Part shown: in pieces, positions 1 to 7,701 of the stretch
Numbering within the stretch: the first letter of the stretch is position 1
Layout: each line of letters opens with the position of its first letter
Source of the DNA: Mycobacterium tuberculosis H37Rv
GTDB taxonomy: Bacteria; Actinomycetota; Actinomycetes; Mycobacteriales; Mycobacteriaceae
Direction of reading: 5' to 3'
DNA length: 32,000 bases
NCBI RefSeq assembly: GCF_000195955.2
Contig: NC_000962.3
Coordinates: 3,840,001 to 3,872,000 of the forward strand
Translations under genes and position numbers: made by a program
The notes under the pieces: model-generated
What the model was told of the DNA's origin: nothing
What the model saw: only the letters and a program-made list of their open reading frames with translations
Database searches by the model: none

Positions 1-197
1 ATGGCAATACCCTTGGCCAGCACCGTCTTTCCCGCACCGAGCGGACCGGAGAGCACCACCACGTCGCCAGCGCACAGCTGCTCACCCAGCCGGGACCCCA
101 GCGTTAGGGTGTCCTCGACGCGCGGCAGCGTCGCCGTGCCGCCGCCCGTAAGCCCAGCCCTGGCTTTCGGTCGTCTGCGGATACCCTCACGGCTCAA
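1..197 (-). CDS. tsaE: tRNA threonylcarbamoyladenosine biosynthesis ATPase TsaE (N-terminal part; gene runs off the window's left edge)
   Basis: Minus-strand translation from a TTG at 197: [65 protein letters not shown], with Walker A GPLGAGKT. The TTG start overlaps the alr stop (TTGA, 194-197). Confidence 0.85.
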   Translation of the reverse strand, partial: MSREGIRRRPKARAGLTGGGTATLPRVEDTLTLGSRLGEQLCAGDVVVLSGPLGAGKTVLAKGIA

Positions 198-1420
198 CGG
201 TTTTCAGCCTCGCGATAGGTCCTGGTGATACGTCCTCGCGGGCTGGTGACCACTTCGTAGTGGATGGTGCCGACAAGATCGGCCCAGTCCTGAGCCGTGG
301 GCTCACCCCGGATGCCCGGCCCGAACAAAATCGCCTCGTCGCCTTCGGCCACATCAAGCGGCCCGGGGCCCAGGTCGACCATGAACTGGTCCATGCAGAT
401 CCGCCCCACACCGGGGCATCGTCTGCCGTTGATCAGCACCTCCAGCCGCCCGCCCAGCGACCGGAACACGCCGTCTGCGTAACCGATCGGCAGCAGCGCC
501 AGATTGGTGTCGCGTGGCGCGATCCATGTGTGCCCATACGACACGCCCTCCCCCGCACGAATCGATTTCACCAGCGCAACAGCACATTTCACGGTCATCG
601 CCGGCACCAGCCCCATGTCACCGAGGGCGGGTACCGGGCTTAGCCCATACACCGCGATGCCCGGCCGCACCAGGTCGAACGTCAGGTCGGGGCGCGCCAT
701 AGTTGCTGATGAGTTCGATAGATGCGCCACCTCGAACCGCACCCCTTGTTCGCGGGCCTGCGCCAGAAAGGCGGTAAACCGTTGGGCCTGAACATCGTTG
801 ATGGAATCGTCAGGCTTGTCGGCGTAAACCATATGCGACATCAGCCCCCGCAGCCGGACGGCGTCCTCGGCCATGGCTTGGCGTAACGCGGTCAGCATGG
901 CCGGGAATTGTGCCGGTCCCACGCCATTGCGGTTCAGCCCGGTATCCACCTTGACGGTCACCGTCGCCGTCCGGCCGGTCCGGCGCACCGCGTGCAACAG
1001 TTCGTCGAGTTGGCGCAGCGAGGACACCGCGACCTGCACGTCGGCCAGCAGCGCGGGCCCGAAGTCGATGCCGGGCGGATGCAGCCAGGCCAGCACCGGT
1101 GCGGTAATGCCATCAGCGCGCAGCGCTAGCGCCTCGTCGACGGTGGCGACGCCGAGTTCGGCCGCACCGGCTCCCAGGGCGGTTTGGGCGACGCGCGTAG
1201 CACCGTGACCGTAGCCGTCGGCCTTGACCACCGCCATCAGCTGCGCGTGGCCGGCGTGCTCACGCAGCACCCGCACGTTGTGTTCAATAGCGCCCAGATC
1301 CACCATGGCCTCGGCGAGGAGGCCAGGTGTCTGGGATATCGGTGTCATGGCCAACGAAGTCGTGCCCCGCCCATCTGTCGTGTCGTTTGGCTTTCCGACA
1401 TTCTCCCAGAACCGTTTCAC
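194..1420 (-). CDS. alr: Alanine racemase (408 aa)
   Basis: PLP-binding motif [10 protein letters not shown]; [12 protein letters not shown]; [15 protein letters not shown]; [10 protein letters not shown]. Typical Alr, sits next to tsaE. Confidence 0.97.
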   Translation of the reverse strand: MKRFWENVGKPNDTTDGRGTTSLAMTPISQTPGLLAEAMVDLGAIEHNVRVLREHAGHAQLMAVVKADGYGHGATRVAQTALGAGAAELGVATVDEALALRADGITAPVLAWLHPPGIDFGPALLADVQVAVSSLRQLDELLHAVRRTGRTATVTVKVDTGLNRNGVGPAQFPAMLTALRQAMAEDAVRLRGLMSHMVYADKPDDSINDVQAQRFTAFLAQAREQGVRFEVAHLSNSSATMARPDLTFDLVRPGIAVYGLSPVPALGDMGLVPAMTVKCAVALVKSIRAGEGVSYGHTWIAPRDTNLALLPIGYADGVFRSLGGRLEVLINGRRCPGVGRICMDQFMVDLGPGPLDVAEGDEAILFGPGIRGEPTAQDWADLVGTIHYEVVTSPRGRITRTYREAENR

Positions 1421-1535
1421 TGAGCAGTATTCCGGCCTGTGCCCGATTGCCCCGGGTCGCGGTGCTGGGCTGCAGCCGTGTCGGCGTGACTGTCCTGTGG
1501 CTCGGTGGTTGGTTGCCGATCACCCGGTGTTTGGC

Positions 1536-2290
1536 TCAGATTGCCGGTGCCGCATGATGGTTGGCGTCAATAGAGTGCGGATCGGCCGGCATGAATTGAC
1601 GGGAGCGTAGCTTGACCGCGGCCCATCACCCGTGGCAGGAAACAGTTGCAGTGTGTACTATTCGCCCTAGACTGCCGCAGTTCCGGGGGAAGTGAACCTA
1701 TTGCGCCCGTGCATCACTGCACGGGTATGGGCTTTGGCGGTCGCTTCGCACCATCAACGCCGACAGTGCGGACAGCGCAAACCGACGGCACACCCCTTGC
1801 ACGGATGTGGGGTGTTTTTGAGATGGAGCGAAAGTAGGCGTGTCTTTTATTTTCACAACCCCCCAGGCATTGGACAACGCGGCTAAGTCCGTGTCGGGGA
1901 TTCACGATTTGTGGCGCAAAGGACGCTAAGGCATCGATCCCGGTGGTCAACGCTATTTGAGCCCCCCGCTTCCGACCCGGTGTCGAATAGGGATGAGGCC
2001 GCTCCTCCGCCAGCACATGAGGCAGTATCACCAGATCAGCTTTCCGGCCATAGAGCATCGTCACCGGGTTAGGCATGGTTTAGGCAGCGCTTAGCTGAGA
2101 ACGCCGAGGCGTGTCGGCTCGCCGAGGCCCAAAACAGCACAACCTTGCACTGATCTAGCTGAAGACCAAACCGGCACAGCAGACATTGCCATACGCGACA
2201 ACAGCCGTCATCAACCGAAAGGAGCAAAGAACAAACAGATGCATCCAATGATACCAGCGGAGTATATCTCCAACATAATATATGAAGGCC
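1536..2290. repeat. Copy 1 of an approximately 0.75 kb duplicated block upstream of and into the PPE57-like gene
   Basis: Near-identical by eye to 6463..7216, e.g. gccgcatgatggttggcgt, atgaattgacgggagcgtagct, gtggcaggaaacagttgcagtgtgtacta, and from ctaaggcatcgatcccggtggtcaacgctatttgag through the PPE start codon. Confidence 0.9.
1714..2076 (-). CDS. Hypothetical protein, 120 aa (Rv3424c-like); coding status doubtful
   Basis: Open frame only. It lies wholly inside the duplicated block and is frame-disrupted in the second copy (see findings). Confidence 0.4.
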   Translation of the reverse strand: MPNPVTMLYGRKADLVILPHVLAEERPHPYSTPGRKRGAQIALTTGIDALASFAPQIVNPRHGLSRVVQCLGGCENKRHAYFRSISKTPHIRARGVPSVCAVRTVGVDGAKRPPKPIPVQ

Positions 2291-2769
2291 CGGGCGCTGA
2301 CTCATTGTTTTTCGCCTCCGGGCAATTGCGAGAATTGGCTTACTCAGTTGAAACGACGGCTGAGTCGCTCGAGGACGAGCTCGACGAGCTGGATGAGAAC
2401 TGGAAAGGTAGTTCGTCGGACTTGTTGGCCGACGCGGTTGAGCGGTATCTCCAATGGCTGTCTAAACACTCCAGTCAGCTTAAGCATGCCGCCTGGGTGA
2501 TCAACGGCCTCGCGAACGCCTATAACGACACACGTCGGAAGGTGGTACCCCCGGAGGAGATCGCCGCCAACCGCGAGGAGAGGCGCAGGCTGATCGCGAG
2601 CAACGTGGCCGGGGTAAACACTCCAGCAATCGCAGACCTCGATGCACAATACGACCAGTACCGGGCCCGCAATGTCGCTGTAATGAACGCCTATGTAAGT
2701 TGGACCCGATCTGCGCTATCGGATCTGCCCCGGTGGCGGGAACCGCCGCAGATCTACAGGGGCGGGTAG
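2239..2769 (+). CDS. PPE57: Short PPE-family protein (176 aa), PPE57-like
   Basis: MHPMIPAEYISNIIYEGPGADSL...ENWKGSSSDL...PPEEIAANREERRRLIASNVAGVNTPAIADLDAQYDQYRARN...PRWREPPQIYRGG. WxG-type hairpin of the PPE N-terminal domain with no variable C-terminal domain. Upstream aaaggag ribosome-binding site. Confidence 0.9.
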   Translation: MHPMIPAEYISNIIYEGPGADSLFFASGQLRELAYSVETTAESLEDELDELDENWKGSSSDLLADAVERYLQWLSKHSSQLKHAAWVINGLANAYNDTRRKVVPPEEIAANREERRRLIASNVAGVNTPAIADLDAQYDQYRARNVAVMNAYVSWTRSALSDLPRWREPPQIYRGG

Positions 2770-2861
2770 GTCCAAGAGGCCGGCGCGGTCTTGCAGGCCA
2801 GCAACAATGCCACGGTCGACCAGGCCCATCGCTTCCGGGCCCGCACGACACACCGCGGTTT

Positions 2862-2902
2862 CAGATGAATCAGGCGTTTCACACCATGGTGAATATGCTG
2901 CT
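2862..2902 (+). pseudogene. Short remnant resembling an EsxK/QILSS-type esx gene
   Basis: Translates QMNQAFHTMVNML, close to QMNQAFRNIVNML of EsxK-type WXG100 proteins (recalled, not searched). Confidence 0.5.
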
Positions 2903-2915
2903 GATCCGTTTACAC

Positions 2916-2957
2916 GTCAGGTTCGACTGATCTAGCTTCAGGTTCGACTGATCTAGC
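2916..2957. repeat. Exact 21-bp tandem duplication
   Basis: tcaggttcgactgatctagct at 2916-2936 repeated exactly at 2937-2957, at the junction between the PPE57 and PPE58 cassettes. Confidence 0.95.
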
Positions 2958-3035
2958 TGAAAACCAAACCGGCACAGCGACATTACCATACCTGACAACA
3001 GCCGTCACCAACCGAAAGGAGCAAAGAACAAGCAG

Positions 3036-3734
3036 ATGCATCTAATGATACCCGCGGAGTATATCTCCAACGTAATATATGAAGGTCCGCGTGCTGACTC
3101 ATTGTATGCCGCCGACCAGCGATTGCGACAATTAGCTGACTCAGTTAGAACGACTGCCGAGTCGCTCAACACCACGCTCGACGAGCTGCACGAGAACTGG
3201 AAAGGTAGTTCATCGGAATGGATGGCCGACGCGGCTTTGCGGTATCTCGACTGGCTGTCTAAACACTCCCGTCAGATTTTGCGAACCGCCCGCGTGATCG
3301 AATCCCTCGTAATGGCCTATGAGGAGACACTTCTGAGGGTGGTACCCCCGGCGACTATCGCCAACAACCGCGAGGAGGTGCGCAGGCTGATCGCGAGCAA
3401 CGTGGCCGGGGGTAAACACTCCAGCAATCGCAGACCTCGAGGCACAATACGAGCAGTACCGGGCCGAAAATATCCAAGCAATGGACCGCTATCTAAGTTG
3501 GACCCGATTTGCGCTATCGAAGCTGCCCCGATGGCGGGAGCCGCCGCAGATCCACAGGAGCGGGTAGGTCCAAGAGGCCGGCGCGGTCTTGCAGGCCAGC
3601 AACAATGCCGCGGTCGACCAGGCCCATCGCTTCGCTGCTCGCACGACACACCGCGGTTTCAGATGAATCAGGCGTTTCACACCATGGTGAACATGTTGCT
3701 GACGTGTTTTGCATGTCAGGAGAAACCGAGATGA
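3036..3734 (+). CDS. PPE58: PPE-family protein (232 aa), PPE58-like, with frameshifted C-terminus
   Basis: MHLMIPAEYISNVIYEGPRADSL...ENWKGSSSEWM...ATIANNREEVRRLIASNVAG, then the frame diverges from its paralogs after an extra G at 3408-3412. Confidence 0.85.
   Translation: MHLMIPAEYISNVIYEGPRADSLYAADQRLRQLADSVRTTAESLNTTLDELHENWKGSSSEWMADAALRYLDWLSKHSRQILRTARVIESLVMAYEETLLRVVPPATIANNREEVRRLIASNVAGGKHSSNRRPRGTIRAVPGRKYPSNGPLSKLDPICAIEAAPMAGAAADPQERVGPRGRRGLAGQQQCRGRPGPSLRCSHDTPRFQMNQAFHTMVNMLLTCFACQEKPR
3662..3702 (+). pseudogene. Second EsxK-like remnant downstream of PPE58
   Basis: QMNQAFHTMVNML again encoded; read through in the frameshifted tail of the PPE58 ORF. Confidence 0.5.
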
Positions 3735-3789
3735 CGATCAACAACCAGGTGAGCGACGCTGACACCCACGGCGCCACCACCGGCGCCCC
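3731..3789 (+). pseudogene. 5' fragment resembling EsxN/EsxL-type esx gene, interrupted by IS1532
   Basis: AGGAGAaaccgagATG then MTINNQVSDADTHGATTGA, compared with MTINYQFGDVDAHGAMIRA of the EsxN/EsxL family (recalled). Sequence switches to the IS1532 end at about 3790. Confidence 0.6.
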
Positions 3790-3799
3790 TGTCGACCGC

Positions 3800-3838
3800 C
3801 ACGTAATTCCCCAGGGGTTGGCGTCACGTAATTCCCCA
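3800..3838. repeat. Left-end multiple terminal repeats of IS1532
   Basis: cacgtaattcccca at 3800-3813 and 3825-3838. Confidence 0.85.
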
Positions 3839-3884
3839 GGTGTGTGCCTCAGTGGTAGGTCTTAGCGGCCCGTGTGGGCGTTGT

Positions 3885-4640
3885 CTAGCTGGTGGTGCGG
3901 CCGGGTCTCTTGCGGGGTCGGTAGCTGGGTCCGTCCATGAGGATTTGGTGGCTGGTGTTGATGAGCCGATCCAGGAGTGATTCGGCGACGACGGGGTTGG
4001 GGAACAGGCCGTACCAGTTATTCGGTGCGCGGTTGCTGGTCAAGATCAGCGGTTTGCCAGTGATGGCGCGGTCGCTGATGAGCTCGTAGAGGTCATCAGC
4101 GTGCATGGCGGTGTGCTCACGCATCGCGAAGTCGTCCAGAATGAGCACGAGCGGCTTGGTGTATTCGCGGATGCGTTGGCCCCAGGATCGGTCGGCGTGC
4201 CCGCCGGCGAGGTCGGAGAGCATGCGGGAGGTTTTGGCGAAGCGCACGTCGCCGCCGCGGCGGGCCACGGCGTGGACAAGTGCTTGTGCTACATGGGTTT
4301 TTCCGACGCCGACCGGGCCGTGGAGGATGACCGATTCGCCGGCATCCAGCCAGCGCAGCGCGGCCAGATCGCGCAACATCGCACCGGGCAGTTTCGGGTT
4401 GGCAGTGAAGTCGAAGTCTTCGAAGGTGGCTTGGGCTTCGAACTTGGCGCGGCGTAATCGTCGTGTCAGGGCGGCGGACTCGCGGCGGGCGATCTCGTCT
4501 TCACGCAACGCTTGCAGGAATTCCAGATGCCCCAGGTCGCCGTTGCGGGTTTGGGCCAGGCGGGCGTCGAGGGTGTCGAGCATGCCGGACAGTTTCAGGG
4601 TACGTAGCGCATTACGCAGCGCCGGATCACAGATAGACAT
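3885..4640 (-). CDS. istB: IS21-family helper ATPase IstB (251 aa)
   Basis: MSICDPALRNALRTLKLSGMLDTL...GPVGVGKTHVAQAL...LVLILDDFAM; start ATG at 4640 with upstream AGGAG. The longer ORF to 4823 is an N-terminal extension. Confidence 0.9.
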   Translation of the reverse strand: MSICDPALRNALRTLKLSGMLDTLDARLAQTRNGDLGHLEFLQALREDEIARRESAALTRRLRRAKFEAQATFEDFDFTANPKLPGAMLRDLAALRWLDAGESVILHGPVGVGKTHVAQALVHAVARRGGDVRFAKTSRMLSDLAGGHADRSWGQRIREYTKPLVLILDDFAMREHTAMHADDLYELISDRAITGKPLILTSNRAPNNWYGLFPNPVVAESLLDRLINTSHQILMDGPSYRPRKRPGRTTS

Positions 4641-4737
4641 GGATGCTTCTCCTTGAGAATAGCGATGTGGATTGTGTCGGGATGGTTCGGGATTCCGCTG
4701 TGAGATCAGGCGACGGGGTGTGTCGGTGCCGAACTGT

Positions 4738-5970
4738 TCAGGGCCGCGCAGGAACGCCCCCAGCGGTGCTTGCCGGACTACTGGTGGTCGGCTCGTTGGC
4801 GGCGTGTTCGGTGCCGGCAACAAGGATGCCCTTGATGGTGCGATAGCTCGGGTCGCCGACCTCGATGGCGCGGGCGCAGGCGGCCTCCAGCCGGTCGCAG
4901 CCGTGTTTGTCGCGTAGCCCGAGCACGCCTTGGGCCGACCGTAGGTGGTGGATGGCGTTGTCGCGCATGAATTCGGCGATCACTTGCTGGCTGGCTGGGC
5001 CGACCAGTTCGGCGGTGTGTCGACACCAGGTCGGGGTGCGCATGTGGAAGGCGATCTTCTCCGGTGGGTAGTGGGAGAAGTCGGTGGAGCGCCCGCTGGG
5101 TCGGCGCACATGGGTGGCCACCACATCGTTGCCGGCGAAGATCTGCACCACATCACCGGCGGTGCGCGCGTGCAGGCGTTGCCCGATCAGCCGCCACGGC
5201 ACGGAATAGAGTGCCTTGCCAACTTTGAGGTGCGTGTCCACCCCGACGGTGCCGATCGACCAGCTGGTGAGTTCAAATGCCCTGGGCGGCAATGCGATCA
5301 ACGCTTGTTGCTCCACAGCTTCGAACATCCGCAGGGGTTGGGCGCCCTCCAAGGCACGTAAGTACCGAAGCCCGGCCACTTCGGTGCTCCAGGTGACCGC
5401 CGCCTGCTGCATCTGGGCCAGCGAATCGAACTCGCGGCCTTTCCAAAACGAGTCCCGCACATAGGTCATCGGCCGCTCCACGCGGGGTTTATCTTTGGGT
5501 TTTCTGGCGCGGGCCGGGTCGACCAGCGTGGCGTAGTGGCTGGCCAGCTCGGCGTAGGAGCGGTTGATCTGCGGGTCGTACAGGTCGGGCTTGTCCACCC
5601 CGGTCCTGAGGTTGTCACACACTAGCCGCGCCGGCACCCCGTCGAAGAATTCGAATGCGGCGACATGGCAAGCACACCAAGCGGTTTGGTCCATCCGGAT
5701 GACCGGACGCACGAACAGGTGTCGGGAGAACGCCAGCACCATCACGAACGCCCACACCGCGACCCGGCGCGCGGTGGCCGGGTCGAACCACATGCCCAGC
5801 CGCCCGTAATCGATCTGCGCCTCACTACCCGCATCGACCGGTCCGCGCGGCACCGTGACTCTCTCGCGGGCCACCTCCTCGGCGAAATGCGTTGCGATCC
5901 AACGCCTCACCGACGACTCCGACGCCGCCACCCCGTGGTCGTCACGCAGCCGTTGGGCTATCGTGGCCAC
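4738..5970 (-). CDS. istA: IS21-family transposase IstA, catalytic part (410 aa), 5' end separated by frameshift
   Basis: VATIAQRLRDDHGVAASESSVRRWIATHF...IDYGRLG...VCDNLRTGVDKP...KPKDKPRVERPM, a DDE integrase-like core. Confidence 0.9.
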   Translation of the reverse strand: MATIAQRLRDDHGVAASESSVRRWIATHFAEEVARERVTVPRGPVDAGSEAQIDYGRLGMWFDPATARRVAVWAFVMVLAFSRHLFVRPVIRMDQTAWCACHVAAFEFFDGVPARLVCDNLRTGVDKPDLYDPQINRSYAELASHYATLVDPARARKPKDKPRVERPMTYVRDSFWKGREFDSLAQMQQAAVTWSTEVAGLRYLRALEGAQPLRMFEAVEQQALIALPPRAFELTSWSIGTVGVDTHLKVGKALYSVPWRLIGQRLHARTAGDVVQIFAGNDVVATHVRRPSGRSTDFSHYPPEKIAFHMRTPTWCRHTAELVGPASQQVIAEFMRDNAIHHLRSAQGVLGLRDKHGCDRLEAACARAIEVGDPSYRTIKGILVAGTEHAANEPTTSSPASTAGGVPARP

Positions 5971-6052
5971 CGTGACATCGGCATCCAGCCAGTCCTTGAT
6001 CCGATCATGATGCGGCGCGATCAGCGGCCACGTCGACGCCCGCGCCGCCGGA

Positions 6053-6271
6053 TCATTCAGGAAACCACCCGCCGATCAACTCCGCCCACTGCTCGGCGCT
6101 CAGCGGCTCCCCACCGGGCTCGATACCGGCGGCGATCGCCGGCGCCGTATATTTGCGGACCGTCTTGCGATCGATGCCCAGCGACTCCGATAACCGGACC
6201 TGAGAGCGGCCCGCGTGCCAGTGGGTCAACAACTCGACCAAATCGAGCATCAAGATACTTCTCCTCGCCAT
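6053..6271 (-). pseudogene. N-terminal helix-turn-helix part of IstA in another frame
   Basis: MARRSILMLDLVELLTHWHAGRSQVRLSESLGIDRKTVRKYTAPAIAAGIEPGGEPLSAEQWAELIGGWFPE*, the typical IstA N-terminus; continuation LNDPAARAST... is in the frame of the 4738..5970 ORF. Confidence 0.8.
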
Positions 6272-6353
6272 CAGCGCCCTTCCATCCGTCAGCCGACGGA
6301 TGCAGAGCGAACCTTGCAGCAAGGCCCACACCGGGCAGACACACCGCCCATGG

Positions 6354-6424
6354 TGGGGAATTACGTGACAGCCGGGGTGGGGAATTACGTGACGGACAAC
6401 CCCTCAAACCTGGGGAAATACGTG
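6354..6424. repeat. Right-end multiple terminal repeats of IS1532
   Basis: tggggaattacgtg at 6354-6367 and 6378-6391, and tggggaaatacgtg at 6411-6424. These are inverted relative to the left-end copies. Confidence 0.85.
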
Positions 6425-6462
6425 ACCGCTGACACACAGGTATTGACAATTGCTCATTCAGG

Positions 6463-7216
6463 CTCAAATTGCCTGTGCCGCATGATGGTTGGCGTTAAAG
6501 CGTGAGGACCTGCCGGATGAATTGACGGGAGCGTAGCTGTGACCGCGGTCCCGTCACCCGTGGCAGGAAACAGTTGCAGTGTGTACTATCCGCCCTAGAC
6601 TGCCGCAGTTCCGGGGGAAGTGAACCTATTGCGCCCGTGCATCACTGCACGGGTATGGGCTTTGGCAGTCGCTTCGCACCATCAACACCGACAGTGCGAC
6701 AGCACAAACCGACGGCACACCCCTTGCACGGATGCGGGGTGTCTTTGAGAGGGAGCGAAGTAGCCGTGTCTTTTATCTTCACAACCCCCCAGGCACTGGA
6801 CAACGCGGCTAAGTCCGTGTCGGGGATTCACGATTTGTGGCGCAAAGGACGCTAAGGCATCGATCCCGGTGGTCAACGCTATTTGAGCCCCCCGCTTCCG
6901 ACCCGGTGTCGAATAGGGATGAGGCCGCTCCTCCGCCAGCACATGAGGCAGTATCACCAGATCAGCTTTCCGGCCATAGAGCATCGTCACCGGGTTAGGC
7001 ATGGTTTAGGCAGCGCTTAGCTGAGAACGCCGAGGCGTGTCGGCTCGCCGAGGCCCAAAACAGCACAACCTTGCACTGATCTAGCTGAAGACCAAACCGG
7101 CACAGCAGACATTGCCATACGCGACAACAGCCGTCATCAACCGAAAGGAGCAAAGAACAAACAGATGCATCCAATGATACCAGCGGAGTATATCTCCAAC
7201 ATAATATATGAAGGTC
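6463..7216. repeat. Copy 2 of the duplicated block upstream of and into the PPE59-like gene
   Basis: See copy 1 at 1536..2290; differs by scattered substitutions and single-base indels. Confidence 0.9.
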
Positions 7217-7701
7217 CGGGTGCTGACTCATTGTCTGCCGCCGCCGAGCAATTGCGACTAATGTATAACTCAGCTAACATGACGGCTAAGTCGCTCACCG
7301 ACAGGCTCGGCGAGCTGCAGGAGAACTGGAAAGGTAGTTCGTCGGACTTGATGGCCGACGCGGCTGGGCGGTATCTCGACTGGCTGACTAAACACTCTCG
7401 TCAAATTCTGGAAACCGCCTACGTGATCGACTTCCTCGCATACGTCTATGAGGAGACACGTCACAAGGTGGTACCCCCGGCGACTATCGCCAACAACCGC
7501 GAGGAGGTGCACAGGCTGATCGCGAGCAACGTGGCCGGGGTAAACACTCCAGCAATCGCAGGACTCGATGCACAATATCAGCAGTACCGGGCCCAAAATA
7601 TCGCTGTCATGAACGACTATCAAAGTACCGCCCGGTTTATCCTAGCGTATCTGCCCCGATGGCAGGAGCCGCCGCAGATCTACGGGGGCGGGGGCGGGTA
7701 G
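7165..7701 (+). CDS. PPE59: Short PPE-family protein (178 aa), PPE59-like
   Basis: MHPMIPAEYISNIIYEGPGADSLSAAAEQLRLMYNSANMTAKSL...ENWKGSSSDLM...SNVAGVNTPAIAGLDAQYQQYRAQN...PRWQEPPQIYGGGGG; paralog of the PPE57-like gene. Confidence 0.9.
   Translation: MHPMIPAEYISNIIYEGPGADSLSAAAEQLRLMYNSANMTAKSLTDRLGELQENWKGSSSDLMADAAGRYLDWLTKHSRQILETAYVIDFLAYVYEETRHKVVPPATIANNREEVHRLIASNVAGVNTPAIAGLDAQYQQYRAQNIAVMNDYQSTARFILAYLPRWQEPPQIYGGGGG

Larger units (their letters stand above)
3790..6434 (-). mobile_element. IS1532: IS21-family insertion sequence (IS1532-like), about 2645 bp
   Basis: Contains IstB-like and IstA-like genes. Candidate terminal IR: left TGTCGACCG-CCACGTAATTCCCCA (from 3790), right TGTCAGCGGTCACGTATTTCCCCA (reverse complement ending at 6434). 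Confidence 0.8.

Noticed and set aside
4643-4823. Extended IstB start (312-aa ORF)
   Set aside because: The first approximately 60 residues lack homology features; MSICDPALRNALRTLKLSGM at 4640 is the standard IstB N-terminus with a good RBS.
6574-6855. Plus-strand 93-aa ORF in duplicated block copy 2
   Set aside because: The copy 1 counterpart (1646..1837) is frameshifted, and there is no recognisable domain; not supported as coding.
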